DNA of 64,000 nt from Gammaproteobacteria bacterium (GTDB lineage Bacteria > Pseudomonadota > Gammaproteobacteria > Natronospirales > REEB76). Under the pieces are notes generated by a model, which did not search any database, had not been told where the DNA came from, and saw only the letters and a list, made by a program, of their open reading frames with translations. Location: contig JBOIBB010000014.1 of the NCBI GenBank assembly GCA_050739335.1, positions 18,535 through 82,534 on the forward strand. Direction: 5' to 3'. Shown piece after piece: positions 29,250-40,744 of this stretch (the first letter of the stretch is position 1; each line of letters begins with the position of its first letter). The position numbers and the translations under genes were made by a program.

Positions 29250-29750
29250 TCAGACGCCAAGGCGGCGGAATTCCGGCTCCGGTTCACCATGTCCCCAGAT
29301 ATCCTCGAAGCTGCTCAGCCGTCCGCGCGCCGCTACTGGAGTGTACAAATCCGCGAAACCCTCATAGCGACTCGCGAGCGGCCGGTACAGCAGGGCGATG
29401 TCGTCGCCGATCAGAAAGGCATCGGCGAGCTTGGCGTGATCCTCCGACGGGCGGCGCACCTCGATGTAAGAGCTCAGGCGGCGTGCGAGCTCAATGAGCC
29501 GATGGCCGTCCTTGATGGCCGAGGTGGGATCGATGACCACAATGCGTATCCGCGAGTAGCGGCTGCGTAGCGCAAGCGCGCGCGCCGCATCCAGAAACTC
29601 CGGCACGTCGTAAATCGGCGCTTCGAGATCACGCGTAAACATGGCGAGACTGCGGCGTGCCTGCGTGGCGATCTGCGCGGCCGCCGTGCGGTTGTCGGTG
29701 CGGATCGAGAGTTCACGGTATGAGGGTGAGTGGCTGTCCGTGTCGGTCAT
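29250..29750 (-). CDS. Hypothetical protein (166 aa) between purB and mnmA
   Basis: This is a clean ORF in the operon-like array. I recognise no motif. Confidence 0.6.
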   Translation of the reverse strand: MTDTDSHSPSYRELSIRTDNRTAAAQIATQARRSLAMFTRDLEAPIYDVPEFLDAARALALRSRYSRIRIVVIDPTSAIKDGHRLIELARRLSSYIEVRRPSEDHAKLADAFLIGDDIALLYRPLASRYEGFADLYTPVAARGRLSSFEDIWGHGEPEPEFRRLGV

Positions 29751-29801
29751 TTTCGTGAGTTCCGCCGCAGCCGCCGGAAGCCGCTGCGTTACGTGCAGAC
29801 T

Positions 29802-31318
<1,517 letters not shown>

Positions 31319-32710
31319 ATGATGGCGACTGAGAAATTCCGTATCGAGCGCGACAGCATGGGTGAACTTCGGGTACCCAGCGAGGCACTCTGGGGCGCCC
31401 AAACCCAGCGTGCCGTACAGAATTTCCCCATCAGTGGCCTGGTGTTGCCGCGCGCTTTCATCCGTGCGCTTGGGCTCATCAAAGCCTCCGCGGCGAGCGT
31501 GAACCGGGACTTGGGGTTGCTGGATGCAGCGCGGGCGCCGGCCATCGAGGCCGCTGCCAGAGAAGTAGCCGACGGGCGCCACGACCGCGAGTTCCCGGTC
31601 GACATCTTTCAGACCGGCTCCGGCACGAGCAGCAACATGAATGCCAACGAGGTGATCGGGCATCTCGCCACCGCCAAGGCCGGGATCGCGGTGCACCCCA
31701 ACGACCACGTCAACATGAGCCAGAGCAGCAATGACACCATTCCGACGGCCATCCACGTGAGTGCCGCCCTGGAACTGCGCGAGCGGCTACTGCCGGCGCT
31801 CGAACACCTGGCTGCGGTCATCGAGCACAAAGCCGAGGAACTGAGCGACGTCGTTACCACCGGCCGCACCCACTTGATGGATGCCATGCCAATCACGCTC
31901 GGGCAGGAGCTGTCCGGCTGGGCGACGCAGATCCGGCAGGATATCGCGCGGCTGCAAAGTGTCGAACCGCGCTTGCAGGCGCTCGCCCAAGGGGGTACCG
32001 CGGTAGGCACAGGCATCAATGCCCACCCTGAATTCGGCCGGCGCATCGCTGCAGAACTGGCCCGGCGTACCGGCGTCCCGTTCGAGACCAGTAGCAACTA
32101 TTTCGCGTCGCTGAGCTCCCAGGACACGGCCGTGGAACTCTCGGGTCAACTGAAAACGCTGGCCGTGAGCCTGATGAAAATCGCCAATGACCTGCGCTGG
32201 ATGAACAGCGGTCCGCTCGCCGGGCTGGGTGAGATTGCGCTCACGGCCTTGCAACCGGGCTCGAGCATCATGCCCGGCAAGGTAAATCCGGTCATACCGG
32301 AGGCTGTCACCCTGGTGGCGGCACAAGTGATCGGCAACGATGCGACCATCACCGTTGCCGGACAGGCGGGTAACTTCCAGTTGAACGTAATGTTACCGTT
32401 GATTGCCTACAATGTGCTGCAATCTATTGATATCTTGGCCAATTCGTCCACATCGCTTGCAGATAAGGCGATTGCTGACTTCAACGTTAATGAGGAACAC
32501 TTGCGTGCTGCGCTGGCGCGCAACCCGATCCTGGTGACTGCCCTCAATCCGGTCATCGGTTATGAAAAAGGAGCTGCGATCGCAAAGCAAGCCTACAAGA
32601 CACACACAGCCGTGCTGGAGGTTGCGAAACAGCTCACCGGACTCCCCGAAGGACGTTTGGCGAAACTCCTCGATCCTGTTGCGCTTACGCGTGGCGGAGT
32701 GCACAAGTAA
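31319..32710 (+). CDS. fumC: Class II fumarate hydratase
   Basis: It has the signature GSSIMPGKVNP and the N-terminus MMATEKFRIERDSMGELRVP. The length is 463 aa. Confidence 0.95.
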   Translation: MMATEKFRIERDSMGELRVPSEALWGAQTQRAVQNFPISGLVLPRAFIRALGLIKASAASVNRDLGLLDAARAPAIEAAAREVADGRHDREFPVDIFQTGSGTSSNMNANEVIGHLATAKAGIAVHPNDHVNMSQSSNDTIPTAIHVSAALELRERLLPALEHLAAVIEHKAEELSDVVTTGRTHLMDAMPITLGQELSGWATQIRQDIARLQSVEPRLQALAQGGTAVGTGINAHPEFGRRIAAELARRTGVPFETSSNYFASLSSQDTAVELSGQLKTLAVSLMKIANDLRWMNSGPLAGLGEIALTALQPGSSIMPGKVNPVIPEAVTLVAAQVIGNDATITVAGQAGNFQLNVMLPLIAYNVLQSIDILANSSTSLADKAIADFNVNEEHLRAALARNPILVTALNPVIGYEKGAAIAKQAYKTHTAVLEVAKQLTGLPEGRLAKLLDPVALTRGGVHK

Positions 32711-32744
32711 ATCCAGGCTTTATATACAACTGTATGATTACGCA

Positions 32745-33365
32745 GTGGATATAGAAGATATAGTTCGGCGCAGCCTTAAGGATTCGAAACCACCGAGCCG
32801 ATTTACAGCACGACGAGCATCGACTGCGCGGGCCGCGGAGCCGGTCCCTGCCCACCCTTGGAGACCCGCAGCGGTGCTGGTGCCGGTGGTATTGCACGCG
32901 ACGGTCCCGACCATCCTTTTCACTGAACGTACGCGCAACCTGTTGGATCATGCGGGCCAGGTGAGCTTCCCTGGAGGGAGCCGGGAGCTCTCGGACTCCG
33001 GGCCCGTACAAACAGCGTTGCGCGAGGCTTTTGAGGAAACCGGGATCGATGCATCCCGGGTGACGCCCGTCGGCTTTCTCGATGGCTACCTGACCATCAC
33101 GGGTTATGCCGTCACCCCGGTGGTGGGACTGGTCACGCCCGGATTTGAACTCAAACCCGATCCGGCAGAAGTTGCGGAAATCTTCGAAGTCCCGATCGCA
33201 TTTCTGCGCGATCCTGCCAATTTGCAAACGCGCACTGGCAAATGGGGCAAGCAAGTTGCGAGCTATTACCAGTTTGAATATCAACAGCACGTGATCTGGG
33301 GCGCCACCGCCGCCATGCTGGTCGATTTCCTGCACAAGCTAATGCGTAGCGACACCCATGAGTGA
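32745..33365 (+). CDS. Nudix hydrolase, CoA pyrophosphatase-like (NudL family)
   Basis: The Nudix box is GGSRELSDSGPVQTALREAFEETGI. There is no in-frame ATG after the fumC stop, so I propose the in-frame GTG at 32745 as the start. The 32562 start would overlap fumC by about 150 nt. Confidence 0.75.
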   Translation: MDIEDIVRRSLKDSKPPSRFTARRASTARAAEPVPAHPWRPAAVLVPVVLHATVPTILFTERTRNLLDHAGQVSFPGGSRELSDSGPVQTALREAFEETGIDASRVTPVGFLDGYLTITGYAVTPVVGLVTPGFELKPDPAEVAEIFEVPIAFLRDPANLQTRTGKWGKQVASYYQFEYQQHVIWGATAAMLVDFLHKLMRSDTHE

Positions 33366-33771
33366 CAGTCCCAAGGGTTGGTTGGACGCCGTGGATCCGG
33401 ATGTCCCGGAACTCGCGCGCGCGACTCGCTTGCAGGAGCGCGCCGCAAGCGTCGGCTTCGACTGGAACTCGCTCGCGCCGGTCCTCGCCAAGGTGCACGA
33501 AGAGCTTTCCGAGCTTGAAGTGGAAATCCGCCGCCACTCGGCCGAAGCGCGGCTCCAAGACGAGCTCGGGGATTTGCTGTTTGCCGTGGTGAATCTTGCG
33601 CGCAAGCTTGGGGTGAGCCCGGGTACCGCGCTACGCGGTACCAACGTCAAGTTCGCGCGGCGCTTTGCGGTGATCGAAGCTACGCTTGCCAAGCAGGGCA
33701 GAGGTCCGCAGGACGCGAGCCTCGAAGAAATGGATGCGATCTGGGAACAGGCCAAACACGACGAGCCCTGA
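33358..33771 (+). CDS. Single-domain MazG-family nucleotide pyrophosphohydrolase
   Basis: The pattern VHEELSELEVEI...ELGDLLFAVVNLARKLGV is an EExxE...ExxD MazG motif. The gene overlaps the Nudix gene by 8 nt. Confidence 0.8.
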   Translation: MSDSPKGWLDAVDPDVPELARATRLQERAASVGFDWNSLAPVLAKVHEELSELEVEIRRHSAEARLQDELGDLLFAVVNLARKLGVSPGTALRGTNVKFARRFAVIEATLAKQGRGPQDASLEEMDAIWEQAKHDEP

Positions 33772-34144
33772 AACTGCTTACACCTGTGCCGGCTGGGGAA
33801 CGCTCGGCCTGGAACCGCGAATCGTGGCCGCTCGCAAACCGGTGCACTGCCGCCATGCGCACAACGGCGGAACGATACACGGCAGCTCACTGCGCGCGCC
33901 GAGCGGGCCCCTCTTGGACAAGCAGGCGGCCGCGAGCCTGCGTGCAATCCAAGGTACAGATGGTCGCCAGCAATCTTAAGGATTATCCCGGGCTTATAGG
34001 CGCCTGAGCAAATACTGCCAAGTTTTGGAAAAACCGGAGGAATTTGCCGCCATGCAAGCGCTTGGGCTATGCTGAACCTGCCCTCGCCACGTCCGAAGGC
34101 AATGCGAGAGCGGGTGAATCCGAGAGCACGCTTGGGGAAAGCTG

Positions 34145-35083
34145 ATGCCTACCAAGATCGGTATCGTCATTGACCCGACCTGTGACCTGCCGCGTTCCTT
34201 CATCGATCAGAACGGCCTGGAAATCCTGCCGGTACTCATGCGTTTCGGGCACATGAGTTTCCGCGACCTGCGAGATCCCGAGCAAACCATGGATCTTTAC
34301 CGCCGGTTCGTAGGCGCCAAGAAACTCGAAATCACCACGGAACCACTGTCCACCAAGGCCATCCGCGACCTGTTCCTGGAACAATGGGTGCTGAAGTACG
34401 ATCGCGTCATGCTGCTCACGGTGGCGCGCTCACGCAGCACCACGTATGAGAACGCTACCCAAGCCTCCTTCATGGTGCTCTCGGCTTACAAGGAACGGCG
34501 CCGCGCCGCCGGCCTCGACGAACAATTCAACCTGCGGGTGGTGGACAGCCAGAGCATTTTTGCCGGCCAAGCGGTCACCGTGTGCGAGGCCCTCCGCGCA
34601 ATGCATGCGCCTGAGGGGATTCTGTTCGACCAGCTACGCCAGCAGGTCGAGAACTTCTGCCGCCAGGTGCGGGCGTTCGTGGTGCCGCAGGACCTGTACT
34701 ACCTCCGCAATCGCGGCGCTCAGAAAGGTGACAAGAGCGTCGGGCTGCTCGGCTATCAGATGGGCAGCATGTTCGACATCAAGCCGATCCTCCAGTGTCA
34801 GCGCGGCGAAACCCAGGTGATTGCCAACGTGCGCGGTTATGAACCGGCGGTGCACAAACTGTTCGACATGGCGATCGCAGCCATCGAGCATGGCCTCGCG
34901 AGCAAGGTGGTCTGCATGAGCTACGCAGGCGATCCGGATAGCGTGAAATCCATGCCCGGTTACGACGCTTTCATCCGCTGCGCGGCCCACCACAAAGTGG
35001 ATACCCTGCTGTCGGTCATGAGCACTACCGAGGGCATCCATGTGGGCCCGGGAGCCTTCAGCCTGGCTTACGCCGAACGCTGA
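34145..35083 (+). CDS. DegV-family (fatty-acid-binding) protein
   Basis: The N-terminus IGIVIDPTCDLPRSF resembles the DegV IAIVTDSTxDLP motif, and the 312-aa length fits. Confidence 0.7.
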   Translation: MPTKIGIVIDPTCDLPRSFIDQNGLEILPVLMRFGHMSFRDLRDPEQTMDLYRRFVGAKKLEITTEPLSTKAIRDLFLEQWVLKYDRVMLLTVARSRSTTYENATQASFMVLSAYKERRRAAGLDEQFNLRVVDSQSIFAGQAVTVCEALRAMHAPEGILFDQLRQQVENFCRQVRAFVVPQDLYYLRNRGAQKGDKSVGLLGYQMGSMFDIKPILQCQRGETQVIANVRGYEPAVHKLFDMAIAAIEHGLASKVVCMSYAGDPDSVKSMPGYDAFIRCAAHHKVDTLLSVMSTTEGIHVGPGAFSLAYAER

Positions 35084-35215
35084 GCCCGGCTTGCGCAGGT
35101 CCGGGCGCGCCCATCTCAACTCCTACCGTAAATCGCGCAATCTTGGTGTCTCACGGAGCGAAATCGGCTGCAGCGCCCTAAGGCGTTGCGTCCAGGCGCA
35201 TCGTTGCGCGCGCGG

Positions 35216-35962
35216 TTATTTCAATTTATTCAACAGCGGCTCGATCAAATCCATCGGCAGCGGAAATACAATGGTGTTGCTCTTGTCGCCGGCGATTTCC
35301 ACCAGCGTTTGCAGGTAGCGCAACTGGATAGCCTGTGGCTGCTGGATCAGCGTCTGCGCGGCCTCCATGAGTTTCTGCGAGGCTTGCAGTTCGCCCTCGG
35401 CGTTGATGATCTTGGCGCGCCGTTGCCGTTCCGCCTCGGCTTGGCGCGCGATGGCACGCACCATGTTCTCGTCCAGATCCACCTGCTTGATCTCCACGTG
35501 AGTCACTTTCATGCCCCAGGCATCAGTGTGCTGATCGAGAATAGTCTGGATATCGGTGTTGAGCTTGTCACGGGCCGCGAGCATGTCGTCCAGTTCGTGC
35601 TGGCCGAGTACCGAGCGCAACGTGGTCTGCGCGAGCTGGCTGCTCGCATCGAACACGTCGGCCACCTGGATCACGGCTTTTTCCGGATCGATGATGCGCA
35701 CGTAGATGACGGCGTTCACCTTGACCGAAACGTTATCGCGCGAAATTACGTCTTGCGGCGGTACCTCCATTACCACTACGCGCAGATCCACTCTGTTAAT
35801 TGACTGAATCATCGGCCAGATCAACACCACGCCCGGCCCGCATACCCGATCGAAACGCCCGAGCGTGAACACGACGCCGCGTTGGTATTCCTTCAGCACC
35901 TTGAGCGAGCTGAATACCAAGATTGCCAGTATGATCACGATGACGATGATTGCGATGGCCAT
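35216..35962 (-). CDS. SPFH/Band-7 stomatin-like protein
   Basis: It has an N-terminal TM segment, a PHB-domain core (EYQRGVVFTLGR.., RDNV.V.VNAVIYVRI) and a coiled-coil tail. It directly abuts nfeD. Confidence 0.9.
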   Translation of the reverse strand: MAIAIIVIVIILAILVFSSLKVLKEYQRGVVFTLGRFDRVCGPGVVLIWPMIQSINRVDLRVVVMEVPPQDVISRDNVSVKVNAVIYVRIIDPEKAVIQVADVFDASSQLAQTTLRSVLGQHELDDMLAARDKLNTDIQTILDQHTDAWGMKVTHVEIKQVDLDENMVRAIARQAEAERQRRAKIINAEGELQASQKLMEAAQTLIQQPQAIQLRYLQTLVEIAGDKSNTIVFPLPMDLIEPLLNKLK

Positions 35963-37309
35963 TTAACTTTCCTTTTTACCCGCAGAGTTCGTGGGCTCAA
36001 CCCATAATATCAGTCCTTCCCGACGTGCGACTCTTACGGCCGCGCCTGTTCGAATTGGGGTATCGCTGCGCGCGCTCCAGATTTCACCCAAGACGCGTAC
36101 GCTGCCGGTGTCACTGGGCGCAAAATCGCTTAGCGCTTGGCCACGGCTGCCGATGATTTCTTCCGCGCCGGTTACTACCGGACGGCGGTGCGCACGTACA
36201 GCGACCCACAGAATACCGATGATCAACAGGGCTACGGCCGTGGCGATCCCTCCAATCAAACCGCGTGATACCTGAAATCCCGGCACGCTGGTATTCATCA
36301 AAATAATGGACCCAAACACAAAAGCCGCCAATCCGCCGATGCTGAGGGTGCCATAGGATGGCACGAAGGTTTCGGTGACGAACAGGATGATGCCAAGCAC
36401 GATCAAGGCCAGACCCGCGAAATTTACGGGTAACAGGTGGAAGGCATACAGCGCAAGCAGCAGCGCAATGGCACCCACCACACCTGGGAGTACGCCGCCC
36501 GGATGCAGCGCTTCAAAGATCAAGCCGAACACTCCGATCAACAGCAATATGTAGGCGAGCGTGGGGTTGGTAAGTACTTCGAGAAATCTTACGCGGAAGC
36601 CGCGATGGTAATCCTGCACCGCGATGCCCACAGTGTTCAACGTAACTGTGCCTGCGTCCGTGGTGACTTTGCGGCCGTTGAGTTGGGCAAGCAATGCCGG
36701 CACGTTGTCGGCCATCAAATCAATGACGTGCTGTTGCAAGGCCTCATCGGCCGTAAGGCTCGCGGCATTGCGCACGGCCTGCTCGGCCCAATCGGCATTG
36801 CGGCCACGCAGTTGGGCAAGTCCGCGGATGTAGGCCACCGCATCGTTCAGCACCTTGCGTTGCTCGGCCGTTTCGGGTTTTGCCGGCGTGGAGGAGCTGC
36901 CACCGGCGAGCTCTACCGGCGTGGCCGCGCCGAGGTTGGTCGCTGGCGCCATGGCCGCAATATTGCTCGCATACAGGATGTAGGTGCCGGCACTCGCGGC
37001 GCGCGAGCCGCTCGGTGCAACGTAGGTCACTACGGGCACGGGTGAGGCCAGAATGGCCTTGTTGATGCTGCGCATCGAATCGCTCAGGCCGCCGGGTGTA
37101 TCCATTTCTAGGATCACCAATTTGGCGTGCTGAGCGGCAGCGGTTTTCAGGCCTTCGGCGACGTAGTCCGCCGTCGCGGGTCCGATCGCGCCGTCGAGGT
37201 GCAACAGGTACGCGACTCCACCTTTGGCTTGGGCGGTGGCGGCCGTGGGCAGCAGGCAGGCCAAGAGCAGCCCCAGCAGAAACCATACCGCGATTGCTCT
37301 GCTTTTCAT
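35963..37309 (-). CDS. NfeD-family membrane-bound ClpP-class serine protease
   Basis: It has a signal peptide, a ClpP-like periplasmic domain, multiple TM helices and a C-terminal OB-like NfeD domain. It shows the classic pairing with stomatin. Confidence 0.85.
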   Translation of the reverse strand: MKSRAIAVWFLLGLLLACLLPTAATAQAKGGVAYLLHLDGAIGPATADYVAEGLKTAAAQHAKLVILEMDTPGGLSDSMRSINKAILASPVPVVTYVAPSGSRAASAGTYILYASNIAAMAPATNLGAATPVELAGGSSSTPAKPETAEQRKVLNDAVAYIRGLAQLRGRNADWAEQAVRNAASLTADEALQQHVIDLMADNVPALLAQLNGRKVTTDAGTVTLNTVGIAVQDYHRGFRVRFLEVLTNPTLAYILLLIGVFGLIFEALHPGGVLPGVVGAIALLLALYAFHLLPVNFAGLALIVLGIILFVTETFVPSYGTLSIGGLAAFVFGSIILMNTSVPGFQVSRGLIGGIATAVALLIIGILWVAVRAHRRPVVTGAEEIIGSRGQALSDFAPSDTGSVRVLGEIWSARSDTPIRTGAAVRVARREGLILWVEPTNSAGKKES

Positions 37310-37425
37310 GCGTGCATATAAGCAGAGGCGCGCCGCGTGCGCAACTGCCGCCAGTGTTACGCGGCCTCGCCATCCGGTAACATGACACCAGTAGCAGACT
37401 CGCCGTTTGAACTTCCCACAGACCG

Positions 37426-39666
37426 ATGCGTAAAGTTTTTCTCCGCTGGCCCGTCAGCGTTTTGCTGACCGTGGCACTCATGGCTACGCTCGGGCCCGCG
37501 GCTTACGCGCAGGCGAAGGCATCCGCACCGGTGCATCCGCGCATCTGCCTGGCACTCGGCGGCGGCGGTGCACGCGGCGCCGCGCATGTCGGGGTGCTAG
37601 AAGCCCTGCAGCAACTGCGCATACCGGTCGATTGCATCGCCGGCACCAGCATGGGGGCCATCGTCGGCGGCCTGTATGCTTCCGGCTATACGACCGGGGA
37701 ATTGCAAAACGCACTGGAAAATCCAACGCTGCAGGCCAGCATGGCCGGCAAGCAGTCGCGCAGCCTGCTCGATTTCCACGAAAAACAGTACCAGCTTGAA
37801 TACCTCCTGAAGGTGGAATTCGGCTACGCCAACGGCCGGTTCTTCTTCCCGCAGGGCATCGTGGCTGGCAACGATCCGGGGCGCATCCTGAATGTGTTGA
37901 CGCTTGCCACCCAGCCGAATGCCGATTTCAAGGATTTGCCGATTCCGTTCCGCGCCGTGGCCACCGACATTCGTACCGGCAACAAAGTGGTGCTGAGCCA
38001 GGGCAGCCTCGCCGAGGCCATGCGTGCCAGCATGTCGGTGCCGGGCGTATACACACCGGTGCCACTCGACGGTCATTTGCTGGTCGATGGCGGGCTGGTG
38101 GACAACCTGCCGGTGGATGTGGCCCGGCAGATGGGGGCAGACATTGTCATTGCCGTCAACGTGAGTACTCCACTGGCCAGGCCAGGCAGCCTCAACAACA
38201 TCGTGGGTCTCTCGCTGCAGGTAATTGTGCTCATGGGCAACCAGAACGTCAGCCGCTCGATTGCGAGCCTCGGACCGCACGACGTGCTGATCCAGCCGGA
38301 TCTCGGTGACATCTCCGCCGTGGACTTCGGCCGGGCTGCGGACGCAATCCAGATCGGACGCCAAGCGGCGCTCAAGGTCCTGGCACCGTTGCGCAACCTG
38401 CAGCTCTCGCCAGCCGCCTACGCCGCCTATCGCCTGCAGCATCGCTACGTTCCCGAAGCACTCGGCCACGTGGATTTCATCGAGATCCGTGGCAATCGCC
38501 GTATACCGACCGCGATGATCCGCGCCAAGCTCCTCACGAAGGTCGGCGATCGCTGGGACTTCCACCAGATCGACGCCGATCTCGAGCGCATCTACAACCT
38601 GGATTACTTCAGCCGCGTAACCGCCGCCATCGGCCACGAACACCAGCACACGGGACTCGTGATCACCGTCGCCGAAAAACCCTGGCAACCGAATTATCTA
38701 TATTTCGGTTTGCGCATCGCCGATGATTTCGAGGGCGGAAGCCAGTACGGCCTGCTGTTCGCCTGGACCAAGACCGAACTGAACAATTTGGGTGGCGAGT
38801 GGCGCAACCGCTTCCGCATCGGCACCACGCGGCAGTTGTACACCGAGCTCTATCAACCGGTGAACTACTCCAATTCGCTGTTCGTGGCACCGTATGCCGA
38901 GTATCAGAACACGCTCATGAACGTGTTCAGCGGTGAAGACCTGGTTGCCGAGTACGGCACCCGCACGGTGCGTGGCGGCTTTGATTTCGGCACCGAATTC
39001 GGCAACGACGCCGAGTTGCGCTTCGGTCCGGTATACGGCCACGTGCAGTCACAGCCGCACGTGGGTGAACCTTCGCTGCCGACCTACAGCGACACGCTCG
39101 GCGGCCTGCGCCTGCGGTTCGGCCTGGATACGCTCGAGGGGGACGTGGGGTTTCCGCGGTCGGGATCGTACCTGAAAGTCCAGGGCTTCTTCGCGCGCGC
39201 GAGCCTCGGCAGCGACATCAATTACGACAAACTCGAGGTCGCCGGCACCCAGGCATTCGGCAACGGTTCGCACAGCGTGATCCTGACCGCCAACGCCGGC
39301 ACGTCGTTCAATACCACCCTGCCGTTCTACGACGAGTTCACGCTCGGCGGCTTCCTGTCGCTCTCGGGCCTGCGCCAGCAGCAATTGCGCGGCCAGCGCG
39401 TATTCTCCGCACATCTGATTTACCTGCAGAAGCTCGGTAACCTGCCGAGCGTGCTGGGCAACGGCCTGTACGTTGGCGCGAGTCTCGAGGGCGGCAACGT
39501 TTGGAACAGCAACCAGTCGATCAGCACGCACGGCCTGCAGTACGGCAGCGCGGTGTTCGTCGGTGCGGACACCGCTCTCGGACCGCTCTATCTCGGTACC
39601 GGCTACTCGCAGGCCGGCCACGAGGCGTTCTACCTGCTGATCGGTTTGCCGTTCACCCTGAACTGA
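37426..39666 (+). CDS. Patatin-like phospholipase fused to POTRA and an Omp85-type barrel (PlpD-like, type Vd secretion)
   Basis: It has a signal peptide, the oxyanion motif GGGGARGAAHVG, the nucleophile GTSMGA and the catalytic Asp motif VDGGLVDN. The C-terminal ~450 aa are beta-strand rich. Confidence 0.85.
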   Translation: MRKVFLRWPVSVLLTVALMATLGPAAYAQAKASAPVHPRICLALGGGGARGAAHVGVLEALQQLRIPVDCIAGTSMGAIVGGLYASGYTTGELQNALENPTLQASMAGKQSRSLLDFHEKQYQLEYLLKVEFGYANGRFFFPQGIVAGNDPGRILNVLTLATQPNADFKDLPIPFRAVATDIRTGNKVVLSQGSLAEAMRASMSVPGVYTPVPLDGHLLVDGGLVDNLPVDVARQMGADIVIAVNVSTPLARPGSLNNIVGLSLQVIVLMGNQNVSRSIASLGPHDVLIQPDLGDISAVDFGRAADAIQIGRQAALKVLAPLRNLQLSPAAYAAYRLQHRYVPEALGHVDFIEIRGNRRIPTAMIRAKLLTKVGDRWDFHQIDADLERIYNLDYFSRVTAAIGHEHQHTGLVITVAEKPWQPNYLYFGLRIADDFEGGSQYGLLFAWTKTELNNLGGEWRNRFRIGTTRQLYTELYQPVNYSNSLFVAPYAEYQNTLMNVFSGEDLVAEYGTRTVRGGFDFGTEFGNDAELRFGPVYGHVQSQPHVGEPSLPTYSDTLGGLRLRFGLDTLEGDVGFPRSGSYLKVQGFFARASLGSDINYDKLEVAGTQAFGNGSHSVILTANAGTSFNTTLPFYDEFTLGGFLSLSGLRQQQLRGQRVFSAHLIYLQKLGNLPSVLGNGLYVGASLEGGNVWNSNQSISTHGLQYGSAVFVGADTALGPLYLGTGYSQAGHEAFYLLIGLPFTLN

Positions 39667-39728
39667 GCCGCGCCCGCGACCGGCGCACGCAGTACTCTGC
39701 GCCTGCCGACCGCGCGCTTACCGGCAGT

Positions 39729-40565
39729 TCAGATGAAATCCAGCAGCAGGGCGACCGCGCCTGCCAGCACGCAGTAGATACCGAACGGCAATAACGCCGT
39801 GACTTCGGTTTTGCGGAAGTAGCGCATCAGCGCCCAGGCGCTGAGCCAGGCAAATACTCCGGCCAGCACACCGCCGAGCACGATGGTGAGCAGCAGGCCG
39901 GCCGGGAGGCTCGCGTGCTGCCTGACCAGCTTGGGCACTTCGAGCAGGCCTGCGGCACCGATGATGGGTGTAGCCAAGAGGAAAGAGAAGCGCGCGGAAG
40001 ATGCGTAATCGAGACCCGACCACACACCGGCCACTAGGGTGGCACCCGAACGCGAAATTCCCGGGACCAGCGCCAGCGCCTGTGCAATGCCGATGCCAAA
40101 AGCGCGCGCCCAACCCATATTGGACAACTCGTGGCGCGCCTTGCGCTTCTTGAGTGCATCGCCAATGAACAGGATCACGCCGTTGACCATGAGAAAGATG
40201 GCGGCGAGCGCGAACCCACCGAACAAGCTGCGAATCCTGTGTTCCAGGGCCAGACCGATAAGCCCGGCGGGGATCGTACCGACCACCAGCAACCAGAAAA
40301 GCCGCGCGTTGGGTTGCTTGGCGTTGCCACGCGCCTTCCACGCGCCACCGAGCAGCGTGAACCAGTCGCGCCAGAAATATATAAAGAGCGCCGCCGCGGT
40401 GCCGAGGTGCAATACCACAATATAAGGAAGGAACCACGACGCTTCGCGGTTAATCGGCCAATGAAATACCGCCGGCACCAAGATGCTGTGGCCCAGGCTG
40501 CTGATTGGGAACAGCTCGGTGACGCCTTGAATGATGGCGAGGATCAGCAGGTGTAAGGCCAGCAC
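39729..40565 (-). CDS. uppP: Undecaprenyl-diphosphate phosphatase
   Basis: The motif VTELFPISSLGH is present in a polytopic 278-aa membrane protein. Confidence 0.9.
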   Translation of the reverse strand: MLALHLLILAIIQGVTELFPISSLGHSILVPAVFHWPINREASWFLPYIVVLHLGTAAALFIYFWRDWFTLLGGAWKARGNAKQPNARLFWLLVVGTIPAGLIGLALEHRIRSLFGGFALAAIFLMVNGVILFIGDALKKRKARHELSNMGWARAFGIGIAQALALVPGISRSGATLVAGVWSGLDYASSARFSFLLATPIIGAAGLLEVPKLVRQHASLPAGLLLTIVLGGVLAGVFAWLSAWALMRYFRKTEVTALLPFGIYCVLAGAVALLLDFI

Positions 40566-40744
40566 AGTGATCCCTTATGATCTTTGCCAGAGTGGTTGAC
40601 GCACCGGAACTTTAAATCGTGTGGCGGAATCCTGTGACCCCGCTTGGAGCAGCGATTCTACCGGATGCGCCGTGAATAGCCATCAGACGAGCGCGGCAAG
40701 ATCTCCATTCCTAGATGTAGATCCGGATCGAGCACGCGGCGGGT

